From: Candidatus Binatia bacterium
GTDB taxonomy: Bacteria; Desulfobacterota; Binatia; UBA9968; JAJDTQ01
Assembly (NCBI GenBank): GCA_963666515.2
Contig: OY762897.2
Location: 1,696,001 to 1,760,000 of the forward strand
DNA: 64,000 bases
Reading direction: 5' to 3'
Below, piece by piece: positions 27,710 to 38,013 of this stretch. Position 1 is the stretch's first letter. Every line of letters starts with the position of its first letter. The translations under genes and the position numbers were made by a program. The notes beneath the pieces are model-generated. The model was not told the origin of the DNA. It was given only the letters and a program-made list of their open reading frames with translations, and did no database searches.

Positions 27710-28681
27710 TTACAGCCCTTCGAGCTTCTTCATGGTCTCGGCGTAGTCCGCCAACGCCTTGTCGAGCGTGTACTCGGCGACGAAGCCCAGTTGCTCCTCC
27801 GCGCGCGACAGGTCGGTCAGAGGCCGGTTGGCCGGATAGCCCATGGGGTCGCTTTCCTTCCGCAACGCCACGCGGGACTCCGGAAACTCCTTCTTCAGCG
27901 CGGCGAGGATGTCGTCGCCGGTGACCATGCCGCTGCAGCCGATGTGAAAGAGCCGGTCCTTGTGCTCGGGCTTGAGCGCGGCCAGGACGGTGGCCGTGGC
28001 CGCGTCCTTGCCGTAGAGAACCTCCGTGGGGCCGTAGGGCCAGTTGACGGTGGCGTCCTCGCGCTTCAACGCGGCGCGGATCATGTCCTGGATCGCCTGC
28101 TCGCGGGTGGCCTTCATGGTGGTGGGCGACGGTCCGTAAAGCCCGCCCACGTAACGGATGCACACGAACTCGAAGCCGTACATCTTCGCGTAGGCGTTGC
28201 CGAGAAACTCGCAGCCGCCCTTGGTGGCGGCATAGACCGACGGCGGGTTGATGGGGATGGTCTCGTCGATGCTCTGGAGCCCCTCCCCGAACGAGCCCAG
28301 GTAGACGGTGCCGGAGCTGGGAAAGGTGATCCGCGGCACGTTCTCGAGGCGCACGGCCTCCAGCACGTTGACGGTGCCCATGAGGTTCAGGCGCACGCCG
28401 GTGTAGGGGCGCCGCTGCACCTCCTCGCCCAGAAACGCCGCCAGGTGGATGACCTGACCCACGTCGTGGTCCCGAATCGCGCTCACGAGTTGAGGCAGGT
28501 CCAGGATGTCGCCGCGCACGGTCTCCACCGACGCGGGGTCCACGCCCACGGCCCTGAGCAGCCGCTCGTTGACCGCCACGTCGAAGATCACCGGGCGCTC
28601 GCCGCGCTCCTGCAGCATGCCCACCACGTACGCGCCCACAAGACCGGTCCCGCCGGTCACCAGAATGCTCTTCTGTGCCAT
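27710..28681 (-). CDS. NAD-dependent epimerase/dehydratase (extended SDR)
   Basis: VTGGTGLVG, HLAA, YAATK. Confidence 0.9.
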   Translation of the reverse strand: MAQKSILVTGGTGLVGAYVVGMLQERGERPVIFDVAVNERLLRAVGVDPASVETVRGDILDLPQLVSAIRDHDVGQVIHLAAFLGEEVQRRPYTGVRLNLMGTVNVLEAVRLENVPRITFPSSGTVYLGSFGEGLQSIDETIPINPPSVYAATKGGCEFLGNAYAKMYGFEFVCIRYVGGLYGPSPTTMKATREQAIQDMIRAALKREDATVNWPYGPTEVLYGKDAATATVLAALKPEHKDRLFHIGCSGMVTGDDILAALKKEFPESRVALRKESDPMGYPANRPLTDLSRAEEQLGFVAEYTLDKALADYAETMKKLEGL

Positions 28682-28704
28682 TCACTCCCTCCAGACAACC
28701 ATGC

Positions 28705-29523
28705 CTACGGAAACATGTACTCCACCGGCGGCGACTCGAAGTCCGTCTCCACTTCCGTGGTTCCGGGCACTTCCCTGGCCACCGACACGATCTCCTCCTG
28801 CAGCGCGGGCTGGGTCAGAATCCCGGAGACGTGGACCACGCCTTCGGATGCCCGCACGCGCACGTTCAGGTTCCTCGTCTTGGGCGACACGATCAGCGCC
28901 GCCTGAACGCGGGACGACAGGGACAGGTCGGCGAAGGCCTGCTCCGACTCCGCGTTCTTCTGGTACTCCGGCCGCCCCGCGGCGTCCTCGATCAACCGCG
29001 CCAGGGTGTCGATGGTCATCTGCCCGGCGTTCAGGACCAGATCGTAGCGCGACGCGTCGCGCCAGTCCGCGCCGAAGATGGCCTCCATGCGCCGGGAGCG
29101 CGCCTTGTTGACGCTCTCGACGTAGCGCCGGCCGCCGGCCTCGTCGAGCCCTTCCCGCTCGCGCACCTTCTCCACCTGGTATTCCAGCGGCGCCGTCAAC
29201 AGCACCTTGAGCACGTGGCTTACGCCGGGCAGGAGTTCCTGGCCCATGTGGCCGTGGTATACGATCCGGCCGTCGCGGGCCATCTCGCACATGGCGGCCT
29301 GGAGCGTGATGCGGTACAGCCGCAGGCTCTCGCGCCAGCGTTCCCACCAGTGCGGCCCCGACTCCAGCACCTCTTCGTACTTGGCCTCGGGAATGCCGTA
29401 ACGGCTGCTCGCCTCCATCAGCACCTCCCGGTCCACGCACGAGTAGCCCATATCCTGCGCCACCCGCTCGGCAACCTCCGGACCCGCGCCAAACGCGCCA
29501 CGAATGATCGTGATAATCGGCAT
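28705..29523 (-). CDS. Cytidylate-kinase-like family protein with C-terminal BON domain
   Basis: IITIIRGAFGAG.EVAE, YDLVLN; C-terminal VRASEGVVHVSG..VPGTTEV. Confidence 0.8.
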   Translation of the reverse strand: MPIITIIRGAFGAGPEVAERVAQDMGYSCVDREVLMEASSRYGIPEAKYEEVLESGPHWWERWRESLRLYRITLQAAMCEMARDGRIVYHGHMGQELLPGVSHVLKVLLTAPLEYQVEKVREREGLDEAGGRRYVESVNKARSRRMEAIFGADWRDASRYDLVLNAGQMTIDTLARLIEDAAGRPEYQKNAESEQAFADLSLSSRVQAALIVSPKTRNLNVRVRASEGVVHVSGILTQPALQEEIVSVAREVPGTTEVETDFESPPVEYMFP

Positions 29524-29741
29524 GGGCTTCCCTCCTTCCTGTCGGCCGTCCTTGACTCCGGCCGAACCAATGGCCTGTCGTGGTGCGACTGTCCTGTTAT
29601 TAAGGTAAACCGTCTCGTATGACGTTGCAAGATAAATCAGGCTGATCCAGTCCCCTCGAACGCCCGCGGCACGCGCGAGCACGAATGTTTGTGGGCCGGA
29701 CCGGGGTTTGTTACAGGTGGACTACCCGACAGGCTTCCCGC

Positions 29742-30860
29742 ATGACTGCCAAGGAAAAACTGCTGGCGCTTCGCGAAGAGCTGCGACAGACGTTCCTGGA
29801 ACGCGGCGAGCTCATCGACGGCGCTCTCGCGGCCCTGCTCTCGGCCCAGAACCTGCTGATCATCGGTCCGCCCGGCACGGCCAAGTCCATGCTGGCCGAC
29901 GAGTTGTGCCGCCGTATCGAGGGCGCCGGCTACTTCCAGTGGCTGCTGACCCGTTTCACCGCGCCGGAAGAGCTGTTCGGCGCGGTGAGCCTCAAGGGAC
30001 TGGAGCAGGACGACTACCGCCGCGTCACCACCCGCAAGCTCCCCGAAGCCCACATCGCGTTTCTGGACGAGGTCTTCAAGGCCAACTCCTCGATCCTGAA
30101 CTCGATCCTGACCATCATCAACGAAAGGCGGTTCCACAACGGCCAGCAGGTCCACGACGTGCCGCTCGTCACCCTGTTCGGCGCCAGCAACGAGCTTCCC
30201 GAGGACGATGAGCTGACCGCGCTGTACGACCGCTTCCTGCTCCGCTTCGTGGTGGACTACATAGAGGAGGACTACCGTTTCCTGCGCATGCTGGAGGCGC
30301 CGCAGCAGCAGGCCGGGGCCTCCCTCACCCTGGCGGAGCTGAACGAGATGCAGCGCGAGGCGGACGCGCAGCCGGTCCCCGGCCACGTCTACCGGACCAT
30401 GGCCGAGATCCGCCGGCAGCTCGGCAAGAAGCAGATCGTCGCCTCCGACCGGCGCTACCGCCAGTCCCTGGCCCTCATGAAGGCGCACTCCTACCTGGCG
30501 GGGGACGCGCAGGTCTCGGACCGGAGCCTGCTGTTCCTGGAGCACGTCCTTTGGCGGGAACCGTCCGAGCACGCCGACGTCGCCTCCACCCTCCGCGAGA
30601 TCGTGCTCGGCTACGAGAAGGAGGCGCAGGAGCTTCTCTACCAGGCGCGCGAGATCGAGGAGTACGTACAGCGCCCATGGGAGACGGAGGAACTGCGCTC
30701 CCACGCCCTCATCGAGGGACACACCAAGCTCCGCAACATCCTCGGCCGGGTGGAACAGATCATCGAGAAGGCATCCGATTCGGAGCGCCCCGTCGCCGGG
30801 GTGGAGCACATGCGGGACGAGATCCAGACGCTGCAGAAGCGCCTGCTGGAGGAATTGTAG
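29742..30860 (+). CDS. MoxR-family AAA+ ATPase, RavA-like
   Basis: Walker A GPPGTAKS, LTRFTAPEELFG, Walker B FLDEVFKANS, ASNELPE, ALYDRF, SDRR. Confidence 0.88.
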   Translation: MTAKEKLLALREELRQTFLERGELIDGALAALLSAQNLLIIGPPGTAKSMLADELCRRIEGAGYFQWLLTRFTAPEELFGAVSLKGLEQDDYRRVTTRKLPEAHIAFLDEVFKANSSILNSILTIINERRFHNGQQVHDVPLVTLFGASNELPEDDELTALYDRFLLRFVVDYIEEDYRFLRMLEAPQQQAGASLTLAELNEMQREADAQPVPGHVYRTMAEIRRQLGKKQIVASDRRYRQSLALMKAHSYLAGDAQVSDRSLLFLEHVLWREPSEHADVASTLREIVLGYEKEAQELLYQAREIEEYVQRPWETEELRSHALIEGHTKLRNILGRVEQIIEKASDSERPVAGVEHMRDEIQTLQKRLLEEL

Positions 30861-32428
30861 TGGCCCGCCGGACGCCGAAGAAGAAGGCCCCCGCGCTGCC
30901 CGAACTGCCCGACAACGCCCACTGGATCGAGAGCGACCGCTACGACCGCCACGCCTACGGCCAGCTCCGCCGTGACGCCGCCTCCCTGCGGGAGCTGGAA
31001 CGCACGGGCCAAGCCCTCCTGCCCCACTTCCCGTCGCTGCTGCAAGACGTCTTCTGCCTGCTGTTCAAGTACAACATCGTGTTTGCCGCCGAATCCGACG
31101 TGCTCCCCAGCGCGTCCGTCAACCGCTCCCTCCTGACCGCGCTGCACGACGGCGAAGTGAGCCGGATCCTGCGGGAGCTGACCCTGCTCGACGAGGCCAA
31201 GGCCGGCCTGTGCACGCTGCTCGTGGGCGAAGGGCTCCTGGACATGCTCAAGTCCGAGAAGCCGTGGACGCGCCACGACATGATGGACACATGGAAGCTG
31301 CGGCAGCAGGAAGAGGAGTTCCAGAATACACGCGAGATGCTGGAACATGCCGCAGAGCTGGGGGAGCAGGAGGAAGCCGCAGGCAAGGAGGAGGCCCTGG
31401 AGAAGGTCGAGGAGCGGCTCAAGAGCAGGCTCCGGGGAGAGGCGGCCTCGATCCGGCAAAAGCAGCGGCAGTTGACCGAGGACCTGGACCGGGTCCGGGA
31501 TGAGGCCCGGACGCGCGTGCAGGCTTCGGCCATCCGCGCCGCCCATCAACTGGAGGAAGCCGCGGAGGAAGCGGAGCAGTGGGGTTCCGCGCTGGGTTCC
31601 GGCGGGCGGCTGCCCGCGGACCGAAGGCTCGAGCTGGGCCGGCGGCTGGCCGGAAACGACAAGCTCAAGAAGCTCATCCGCATGGTGGGCCGGATGAAGT
31701 CCCACGCCCTGGCGTTGCGCAAGCGCACCTTCGAGCGGGCCAACGAGGAGCTCTACGCGGTGGAGCAGGGAGGCGCCCTGGAACACCTGTTGCCGCAGGA
31801 GCTGGCGACCCTGCACCACCCGCTACGGCGCCGGGACTTCCAGCGCCGGCTGCTGGAGAAGGAGCTGTTGCAGTACAACCTCCGGGGCATGGAGGAGAAA
31901 CGCAAGGGGCCGGTGGTGGTGTGCCTGGACGGCAGCTCCTCCATGTCGGGGGACAAGGAACTCTGGTCCAAGGCCGTCGCCCTGACCCTGCTGGAGCTGA
32001 CGCGCCGCCAGCGCCGGCCGTTCCGCTCCATCTGCTTCTCCTCCCGGGAGACCGCCCTTCACGTCCTCGACCTGACCACGCGCCGGGGCGCCGAGGTCGA
32101 GCCCGACAAGCTCATGGATCTGGCGGAACACTTCCCCGGCGGCGGCACGGACTTCGAGAAGCCCCTGGACGCGGCCCTGGAGTGCCTCGGGAAATCACGA
32201 TATAAGAAGGGGGACATCGTGTTCATCACGGACGGCGAGTGCCAGGTGTCCGCGGAGTGGTCGGAACGGTTCCTCAAGGAAAAGGACCGGCTGAGCTTCT
32301 CGCTCTTCTCCATCCTCATCGACGTGGGCCACAGCTCCCTGGGAACCTTGAAGGAATTCAGCGACCGGATCACCACCATTACGCAGCTCACGAACGAAGG
32401 CACCAACGACCTGTTCATACGTTTCTGA
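30860..32428 (+). CDS. VWA-domain protein, ViaA-like
   Basis: LLPQELA, KGPVVVCLDGSSSM (MIDAS), GGGTDF, FITDGE; coupled to the AAA gene. Confidence 0.85.
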   Translation: MARRTPKKKAPALPELPDNAHWIESDRYDRHAYGQLRRDAASLRELERTGQALLPHFPSLLQDVFCLLFKYNIVFAAESDVLPSASVNRSLLTALHDGEVSRILRELTLLDEAKAGLCTLLVGEGLLDMLKSEKPWTRHDMMDTWKLRQQEEEFQNTREMLEHAAELGEQEEAAGKEEALEKVEERLKSRLRGEAASIRQKQRQLTEDLDRVRDEARTRVQASAIRAAHQLEEAAEEAEQWGSALGSGGRLPADRRLELGRRLAGNDKLKKLIRMVGRMKSHALALRKRTFERANEELYAVEQGGALEHLLPQELATLHHPLRRRDFQRRLLEKELLQYNLRGMEEKRKGPVVVCLDGSSSMSGDKELWSKAVALTLLELTRRQRRPFRSICFSSRETALHVLDLTTRRGAEVEPDKLMDLAEHFPGGGTDFEKPLDAALECLGKSRYKKGDIVFITDGECQVSAEWSERFLKEKDRLSFSLFSILIDVGHSSLGTLKEFSDRITTITQLTNEGTNDLFIRF

Positions 32429-32481
32429 GGTCTGCCGCTCCGGCGGAACGGGCCTTGATTGAAAGATCATCGGAGAACCAC

Positions 32482-33441
32482 ATGACCCAAAAACTCAGCT
32501 TCGGCATTCTGCTACCCACCCGCGGCGTGATCCTGGCCAAGACCGCGGTCCCGGACTTGAGCCCCGTCTTCAACCTCGCCGACGCGGTGGAGAAGGCCGG
32601 CTACGACTCGGTGTGGATCGGCGACAGCGTCACCGCCAAGTCGCGGCTGGAGGTCATCAGCACGCTGGGGGCGCTCTCGGTCAAGACCGAGCGGGTGAAG
32701 ATCGGCACCGCGGTGCTGCTGGCGGCCATGCGCAACCCGGTGGTGCTGGCCCAGGCCCTGGCGAGCGTCGACGTGCTGTGCGGCGGGCGCCTGATCTGCG
32801 GCGTGGGCGTGTCCCGCAACGACAAGATGTTCGAGGAGGAGTACACGGCCTGCGGCGTCCCGTTCAACCAGAAGGCCGGGCGGCTCAGCCAGGTGCTCAG
32901 GATCATGAAGATGCTGTGGGCCGGGGACGACGTCACCCACGAGAACAAGTACTACACCATTGAGAACATCTCGCTCCTGCCCAAGCCGGTGCAGCGGCCG
33001 GGAATCCCGCTGTGGGTGTCGAGCAACGACGTGGACAGCGGTCTCAAGCGCGTCGGCCTTTATGGCGACGCCTGGATCACCAACATCCCGTCGCTCCAGG
33101 TGTTCAAGGAGTCGCGGAAGAAGATGGAAGACTACGCCAGCGACGCCGGACGCAACCCCGACGACATCCACCGCTGCCTCTACCTCACCATCCACATGGA
33201 CCCGGACGCCGACAAGGCGCGGCGCGAGGGCGGCGCGTTCCTGGAAGCCTACTACCACAAGACCTACGAGCAGGTGGCCGCGCAGCTCGTGGTCAAGGCC
33301 GGCGGCACCAACGAGGTGGTGGACTTCATCAACGAGTACGCCGAGGCCGGCATTCAGACCTTCATCGTCCGCTTCGCGGCCAAGGACCAGTTCCAGCACT
33401 TGGACGTGTGCAGCGAGCACGTCATGCCGCACTTCCGGTAG
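32482..33441 (+). CDS. LLM class flavin-dependent oxidoreductase
   Basis: GYDSVWIGD, IGTAVLL..RNP, GRLICGVG, PKPVQ. Confidence 0.9.
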   Translation: MTQKLSFGILLPTRGVILAKTAVPDLSPVFNLADAVEKAGYDSVWIGDSVTAKSRLEVISTLGALSVKTERVKIGTAVLLAAMRNPVVLAQALASVDVLCGGRLICGVGVSRNDKMFEEEYTACGVPFNQKAGRLSQVLRIMKMLWAGDDVTHENKYYTIENISLLPKPVQRPGIPLWVSSNDVDSGLKRVGLYGDAWITNIPSLQVFKESRKKMEDYASDAGRNPDDIHRCLYLTIHMDPDADKARREGGAFLEAYYHKTYEQVAAQLVVKAGGTNEVVDFINEYAEAGIQTFIVRFAAKDQFQHLDVCSEHVMPHFR

Positions 33442-33511
33442 CCGACAAGGCGTGTCCCCTGACGAATCACCACCGGATCACACCGCGGCGGGCCGGTTTC
33501 ACGGGGCTGAC

Positions 33512-34702
33512 ATGAACACTGATCGCGTGCTGGTGGCAGGCGCGGGGCCCGTGGGGCTGGTGGTGGCGGTGCACTTGGCCCAACACGGCGTGCCGGTAAC
33601 CGTGCTGGAGGCCGAACCCGACCTGCCGGAAACTCTGCGCGCCTCCACCTTCCATCCCCCGACCCTCGACATGCTGGAATCGACAGGGGTGCTGGACGAC
33701 TTTCTGGCGCTTGGGCTCAAGGCTCCTACGCTCCAGTACCGTGAGCGCGCGGGCTGCATCGCGGAGTTCGACTTCGGGCGGATCGCCGACGTCACCGCGC
33801 ATCCCTACCGGCTTCAGTGCGAGCAGTTCAAGCTCAACCGGCTGCTGTACGAGAAGGTGGCGACCCTGCCTGGAACCGAAGTGCTCTTCGCCAGCGAGGT
33901 GACCGCGGTGGAACAGACCGCAACGTCCGTTACCGCTGTCGTAACGCAAGGCGCCGCCACCCGGCGCTACCCGGGCCGCTACCTGGTGGGAGCCGACGGC
34001 GCCCGCAGCAACGTCCGCAAGACGCTGGACATCGCCTTCGACGGGTTCACTTGGCCGGAGCGGTTCCTTGTGGTGAGCACGCCATTCCGGTTCGAAAAAC
34101 ACTTCGACGGGCTTGCGCCGGTGAGCTACTTCGCGGACCCGGACGAATGGTTCTTCCTGCTGCGGATCCCGGGGCTGTGGCGCGTCATGTTCCCCACCCG
34201 GCCGGAAGAGAGCGACGACGCCGTGCTCAGCGACGCCAGCGTCGAGCAGCGTCTGCAAGGCGTCGTCCGCACCGAAGGGCTCTACCCGGTGGAACACCGG
34301 ACCCTTTACCCCGTGCACCAGCGAGTGGCCGCGCGCTACCGCAAGGGACGAGCGTTCCTCGCCGGCGACGCGGCCCACATCAACAATCCCCTGGGCGGCA
34401 TGGGCCTGAACGGCGGCATCCACGACGGCTACAACCTGGCGGAAAGGCTCGTGCGCGTGTGGCGCGGAGAGGCGCTGGACGCGGAACTGGACGGCTACGA
34501 GCGCCAGCGCCGCCCCATCGCGCTGGAGTACGCCAACGTCCACTCCACCCGCAACAAGCTGAACCTGGAAGCCCGCGACCCCGCGCGGCAGCAGGAATTC
34601 CGCCGCACCATGCGCGAAACTGCCTCAGACCCGGAGAAGTCCTACGAATACCTCTTGCGGATCTCGATGATCGCCAGCCTGAGACAGGCGGCCGGATTGT
34701 AA
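33512..34702 (+). CDS. FAD-dependent monooxygenase (aromatic hydroxylase family)
   Basis: GAGPVG, GADGARS, LAGDAAHINNPLGGMGLN. Confidence 0.9.
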   Translation: MNTDRVLVAGAGPVGLVVAVHLAQHGVPVTVLEAEPDLPETLRASTFHPPTLDMLESTGVLDDFLALGLKAPTLQYRERAGCIAEFDFGRIADVTAHPYRLQCEQFKLNRLLYEKVATLPGTEVLFASEVTAVEQTATSVTAVVTQGAATRRYPGRYLVGADGARSNVRKTLDIAFDGFTWPERFLVVSTPFRFEKHFDGLAPVSYFADPDEWFFLLRIPGLWRVMFPTRPEESDDAVLSDASVEQRLQGVVRTEGLYPVEHRTLYPVHQRVAARYRKGRAFLAGDAAHINNPLGGMGLNGGIHDGYNLAERLVRVWRGEALDAELDGYERQRRPIALEYANVHSTRNKLNLEARDPARQQEFRRTMRETASDPEKSYEYLLRISMIASLRQAAGL

Positions 34703-34832
34703 CGGCATTCGGAACTTGGCAACGTTGCGCACCGCCCAAGTGCTTGACACACGGGTCGGCCAAAGTCAGATTAGCCTCTGGTCCGGCGTGGCTTCTTGCA
34801 GGACCCACGACCGCCTCTTCCAGGAGACCGCA

Positions 34833-35642
34833 ATGCCCAAGGTACTGACACAGGAGCAGGTGGACGCCTACCATCGCGATGGATTTCTGTTTCCCGTCCG
34901 CATCATGGACAAGGAGTCGGCGCGTGCGTTGAGGCGCAAACTGGAGGACGTGGAGCAAACCATCGGCGGCGAGCTTCAGGACCGTTACCGCATCAAGGCC
35001 CACCTCCCCTTCCCTTGGCTCAACGAGCTGATCCGCAACCCGGTGATGCTCGACGCGGTGGAGGACATCATCGGGCCGAACATCCTGTGCTGGGGCTCCA
35101 GCTTCTTTACCAAGAACGCCCACGATCCCCGGTTCGTTTCCTGGCATCAGGACACCACCTATTACGGCCTGCAACCGCGGGAGACACTGACCGCCTGGTT
35201 CGCGTTCACCGACAGCAAGGTAGAGAGCGGCTGTATGCGGGTAATCCCGGGCTCCCACGCCGGCGGCGCCCGCAAACACGTGGAGACCTTTGCCAAGGAC
35301 AACCTCCTCTCCAGGGGCCAGACCGTCGCGGATGTAGACGATTCCCGGGCGGTGGACGTGGAGCTGGACGCCGGGGAGATTTCGTTCCACAGCGAAACCG
35401 TGATCCATGGGTCCAATCCCAACCAGTCGGACGACCGGCGGCTCGGCTACTCCATCCACTTCATCGCCCCGCACGTTCATCAGACGCTGTTCGACCACGC
35501 CAGCGCGGCGCTGCTGCGCGGCGCCGATACACACGGCCACTGGGAGCCCGAGCCCGTGGCGAAACAGGACTTCGACCCGGAGTGCCTCGCCGCCCTGGAC
35601 CGGAACCACCAGCAGTACAAGGCCAACAAGCAGGGGGCGTGA
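34833..35642 (+). CDS. Phytanoyl-CoA dioxygenase (PhyH) family Fe/2OG enzyme
   Basis: WHQD, GCMRVIPGSH, IHGS.PN.S..RR. Confidence 0.9.
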   Translation: MPKVLTQEQVDAYHRDGFLFPVRIMDKESARALRRKLEDVEQTIGGELQDRYRIKAHLPFPWLNELIRNPVMLDAVEDIIGPNILCWGSSFFTKNAHDPRFVSWHQDTTYYGLQPRETLTAWFAFTDSKVESGCMRVIPGSHAGGARKHVETFAKDNLLSRGQTVADVDDSRAVDVELDAGEISFHSETVIHGSNPNQSDDRRLGYSIHFIAPHVHQTLFDHASAALLRGADTHGHWEPEPVAKQDFDPECLAALDRNHQQYKANKQGA

Positions 35643-35648
35643 CGCCCA

Positions 35649-36497
35649 GTGTCTGAGAAAACATCAAAAGACAAGGTCGTGATCATCACCGGCGGTGCTG
35701 GCGGCATGGGCACCATCATGACTCTCGCCCTGCTGGAGGACGGTGCCCGTGTGGCGGTGGTGGACAACCGGGAAGAGCGGTGCCAAGCCATGGCGCGGAG
35801 CGCCGCAGGCGTGGCTGATGAAGGAGCGCTGATCACCCTCACCGCCGATATCACCAAGGCCGAAGACTGCGAGCGCGTAGCCGAAGCGGTGCTGGGCCGC
35901 TTCGGACGCGTGGACGCGCTGGTCAACGCCGCCGGCATCGGCATGCAGACCGTGCGTGCCAACTACATGAGCGAGCCGGTGCGTTTCTGGGAGGTGGAGC
36001 CCGACCGCTGGCAGTCCGTGATGGACGTCAACTGGAAAGGCGCATTCCTCATGGCCCGCGCGGTCACGCCGCACTTGGTGAAGCAAGGCTCCGGCCGCAT
36101 CGTCAACGTCACCACCAGCCTGGACACCATGTTCCGCGGCGCCTACACGCCCTACGGCATGTCCAAGGCCGCCCTGGAAGCGGCGTCGGCGAGTTGGGCG
36201 AAGGACCTGGAAGGCACCGGCGTGACCGTCAACGTGCTGGTGCCCGGCGGCCCCACCAACACGAGCTTCATTCCCGAGAGCGCCCCCTTCGACCGCAGCA
36301 AGCTGGTGCAACCCGAAGTCATGGCCGAGCCCATTCGCTGGCTCGTGTCCGACGCCTCTGAGGAGATCACCGGCTGCCGCTTCGTGGGCAACGACTGGGA
36401 TACCTCGCTGGAGCCCGACGAGGCCGCCAAGGCGACCTGCCGCCCGGCCGCGTGGCAGGACCTGTCCTCCCAGGCGGTATGGCCCGACCGGAAGTAG
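35649..36497 (+). CDS. SDR family oxidoreductase
   Basis: TGGAGGMG, LVNAAG, YGMSK. Confidence 0.92.
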   Translation: MSEKTSKDKVVIITGGAGGMGTIMTLALLEDGARVAVVDNREERCQAMARSAAGVADEGALITLTADITKAEDCERVAEAVLGRFGRVDALVNAAGIGMQTVRANYMSEPVRFWEVEPDRWQSVMDVNWKGAFLMARAVTPHLVKQGSGRIVNVTTSLDTMFRGAYTPYGMSKAALEAASASWAKDLEGTGVTVNVLVPGGPTNTSFIPESAPFDRSKLVQPEVMAEPIRWLVSDASEEITGCRFVGNDWDTSLEPDEAAKATCRPAAWQDLSSQAVWPDRK

Positions 36498-36515
36498 TTT
36501 CCGCCTTGGCTACGC

Positions 36516-36630
36516 CCCGAATCGTCATTCCGGCGAAAGCCGGAATCCAGGGGTGGGGAGGGGCTGACGGCAGTGATTCCCCGCCCCACCCCCACCTGGA
36601 TTCCGGCTTTCGCCGGAATGACGATTCGGG
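36516..36630. repeat. REP doublet (family A): 36-bp perfect inverted repeat
   Basis: 36516-36551 is the exact reverse complement of 36595-36630; partial third unit near 36675-36691. Confidence 0.85.
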
Positions 36631-36813
36631 CGTGGCGCCATGTCCGTAACCACGGAGAGTTTTGACACAGCCTCTTCCGCGGGCATGACGTTTTGGACGT
36701 CGGCAATACACCGTACCCTCCCGTTTTTGTTTGCCGTCGCCGACGGCTTTTGATAAGGGTCGGCCACGCGACGGGTTGGCGAGTCAACATTCGAAAAACA
36801 GGAGGGATGACCC

Positions 36814-37902
36814 ATGAAGGACTCGATGGAAACCAAGGAAACGAAAACGGGCGGGATCAACCGCCGCACTTTCATCGGCGGCAGCGTAGCGGCCGGGGCG
36901 ATGATATTGGGAGCGCCCTACATCGCGTCCAAGGCACGGGCCAAGACCAAGACCATCTACATCAACACCTGGGGTGGAAGCTGGGGCAAGGCGGAGGCGG
37001 AAGCCTATTACAAGCCCTACGAGAAGGCCTCCGGCATTGCGGTGAAGCCCGTCACGCCCGTGTCGTTCGCCAAGATGAAGGCGCAGGTCCAGAGCGGCCA
37101 CTATGAGTTCGACGTCGCCGGTATGGGACGGTCGGACTCTATCCGAGGGCTCAACGACAACCTGCTGGAGCACATTCACTACGACATCATCCGGCTCACC
37201 GACTATCCGCCGGACACCATCGGCTACAACGGCATCTCGCGCCATTCCATCTCCACCAACCTCGTCTACAACAAGAAGAAGTTCCCCAACGGCGGCCCGC
37301 AGTCCTGGGCCGACTACTGGAACGTGGAGAAGTTCCCGGGCAACCGGGGCGCCTACAAGGACGTCGCCCGGATGGTGCCGTTCGCGCTGCTGGCGGACGG
37401 CGTGCCCAAGGACAAGCTCTATCCCCTGGACGTGGACCGGGCCTTCAAGAAGCTCGACGAGTTGAAGCCTCACGTCAAGGTGTGGTGGCGGCGCGGCTCG
37501 CAGTCGGTGCAGCTCGTCCGTGACGGCGAAGTCGACCTGATGCCCATGTGGAACACCCGCGCCGGGGTGGCGGTGGAACAGGGAGTGCCCATCGAGGTGG
37601 TGTGGAACCAGGCCCACATGCGCCGGTCCAACTGGATCGTGGCGCGCGGCACCCCCAACGCGGCGGAGGCCTGGCGGTTCGCCCAGTTCTGCCTGAAGCC
37701 CGAAAACCTGGGCGTCTTCTGCCGCCTGATGAACACCGGCCCGTGGATCGCCGCGGCCTACGAGCACATCGACGAGAAGAAGGCGCGGATGATGCCCACG
37801 TGGAAGGACAACCTGCCGCTCACCTACCAGCCGGATCCGCTGTGGGTGGGCACCAACCTGAGCGCGCTGACCAAGCGCTTCAACCAGTGGCTGGCGACCT
37901 GA
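36814..37902 (+). CDS. ABC substrate-binding protein (PotD/polyamine-opine type), Tat signal
   Basis: NRRTFI, TWGGSWG, ALLADGV, DRAFKKLD. Confidence 0.9.
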   Translation: MKDSMETKETKTGGINRRTFIGGSVAAGAMILGAPYIASKARAKTKTIYINTWGGSWGKAEAEAYYKPYEKASGIAVKPVTPVSFAKMKAQVQSGHYEFDVAGMGRSDSIRGLNDNLLEHIHYDIIRLTDYPPDTIGYNGISRHSISTNLVYNKKKFPNGGPQSWADYWNVEKFPGNRGAYKDVARMVPFALLADGVPKDKLYPLDVDRAFKKLDELKPHVKVWWRRGSQSVQLVRDGEVDLMPMWNTRAGVAVEQGVPIEVVWNQAHMRRSNWIVARGTPNAAEAWRFAQFCLKPENLGVFCRLMNTGPWIAAAYEHIDEKKARMMPTWKDNLPLTYQPDPLWVGTNLSALTKRFNQWLAT

Positions 37903-37937
37903 GGCCGGAGGTCGATACGCGTTTCACCAGGGTGCAC

Positions 37938-37965
37938 GCAGGGGCGGGTTGGAACCCCGCCCCTG
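37938..37965. repeat. REP-like palindrome, family B
   Basis: GCAGGGGCGGGTTGGAACCCCGCCCCTG directly after the SBP gene. Confidence 0.65.
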
Positions 37966-38013
37966 AACCCCCGTGTTCCGGCGGCGCAGGCTCCCGCGTC
38001 CGGTCCGATTGAC

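Noticed and set aside
29742-32428. AAA+VWA anti-phage system
   Set aside because: No nuclease or effector partner; native codon usage; fits a RavA/ViaA-like chaperone pair
36516-36691. Repeats as a possible CRISPR array
   Set aside because: Units are inverted, only 2-3 copies, no regular spacers, no cas genes
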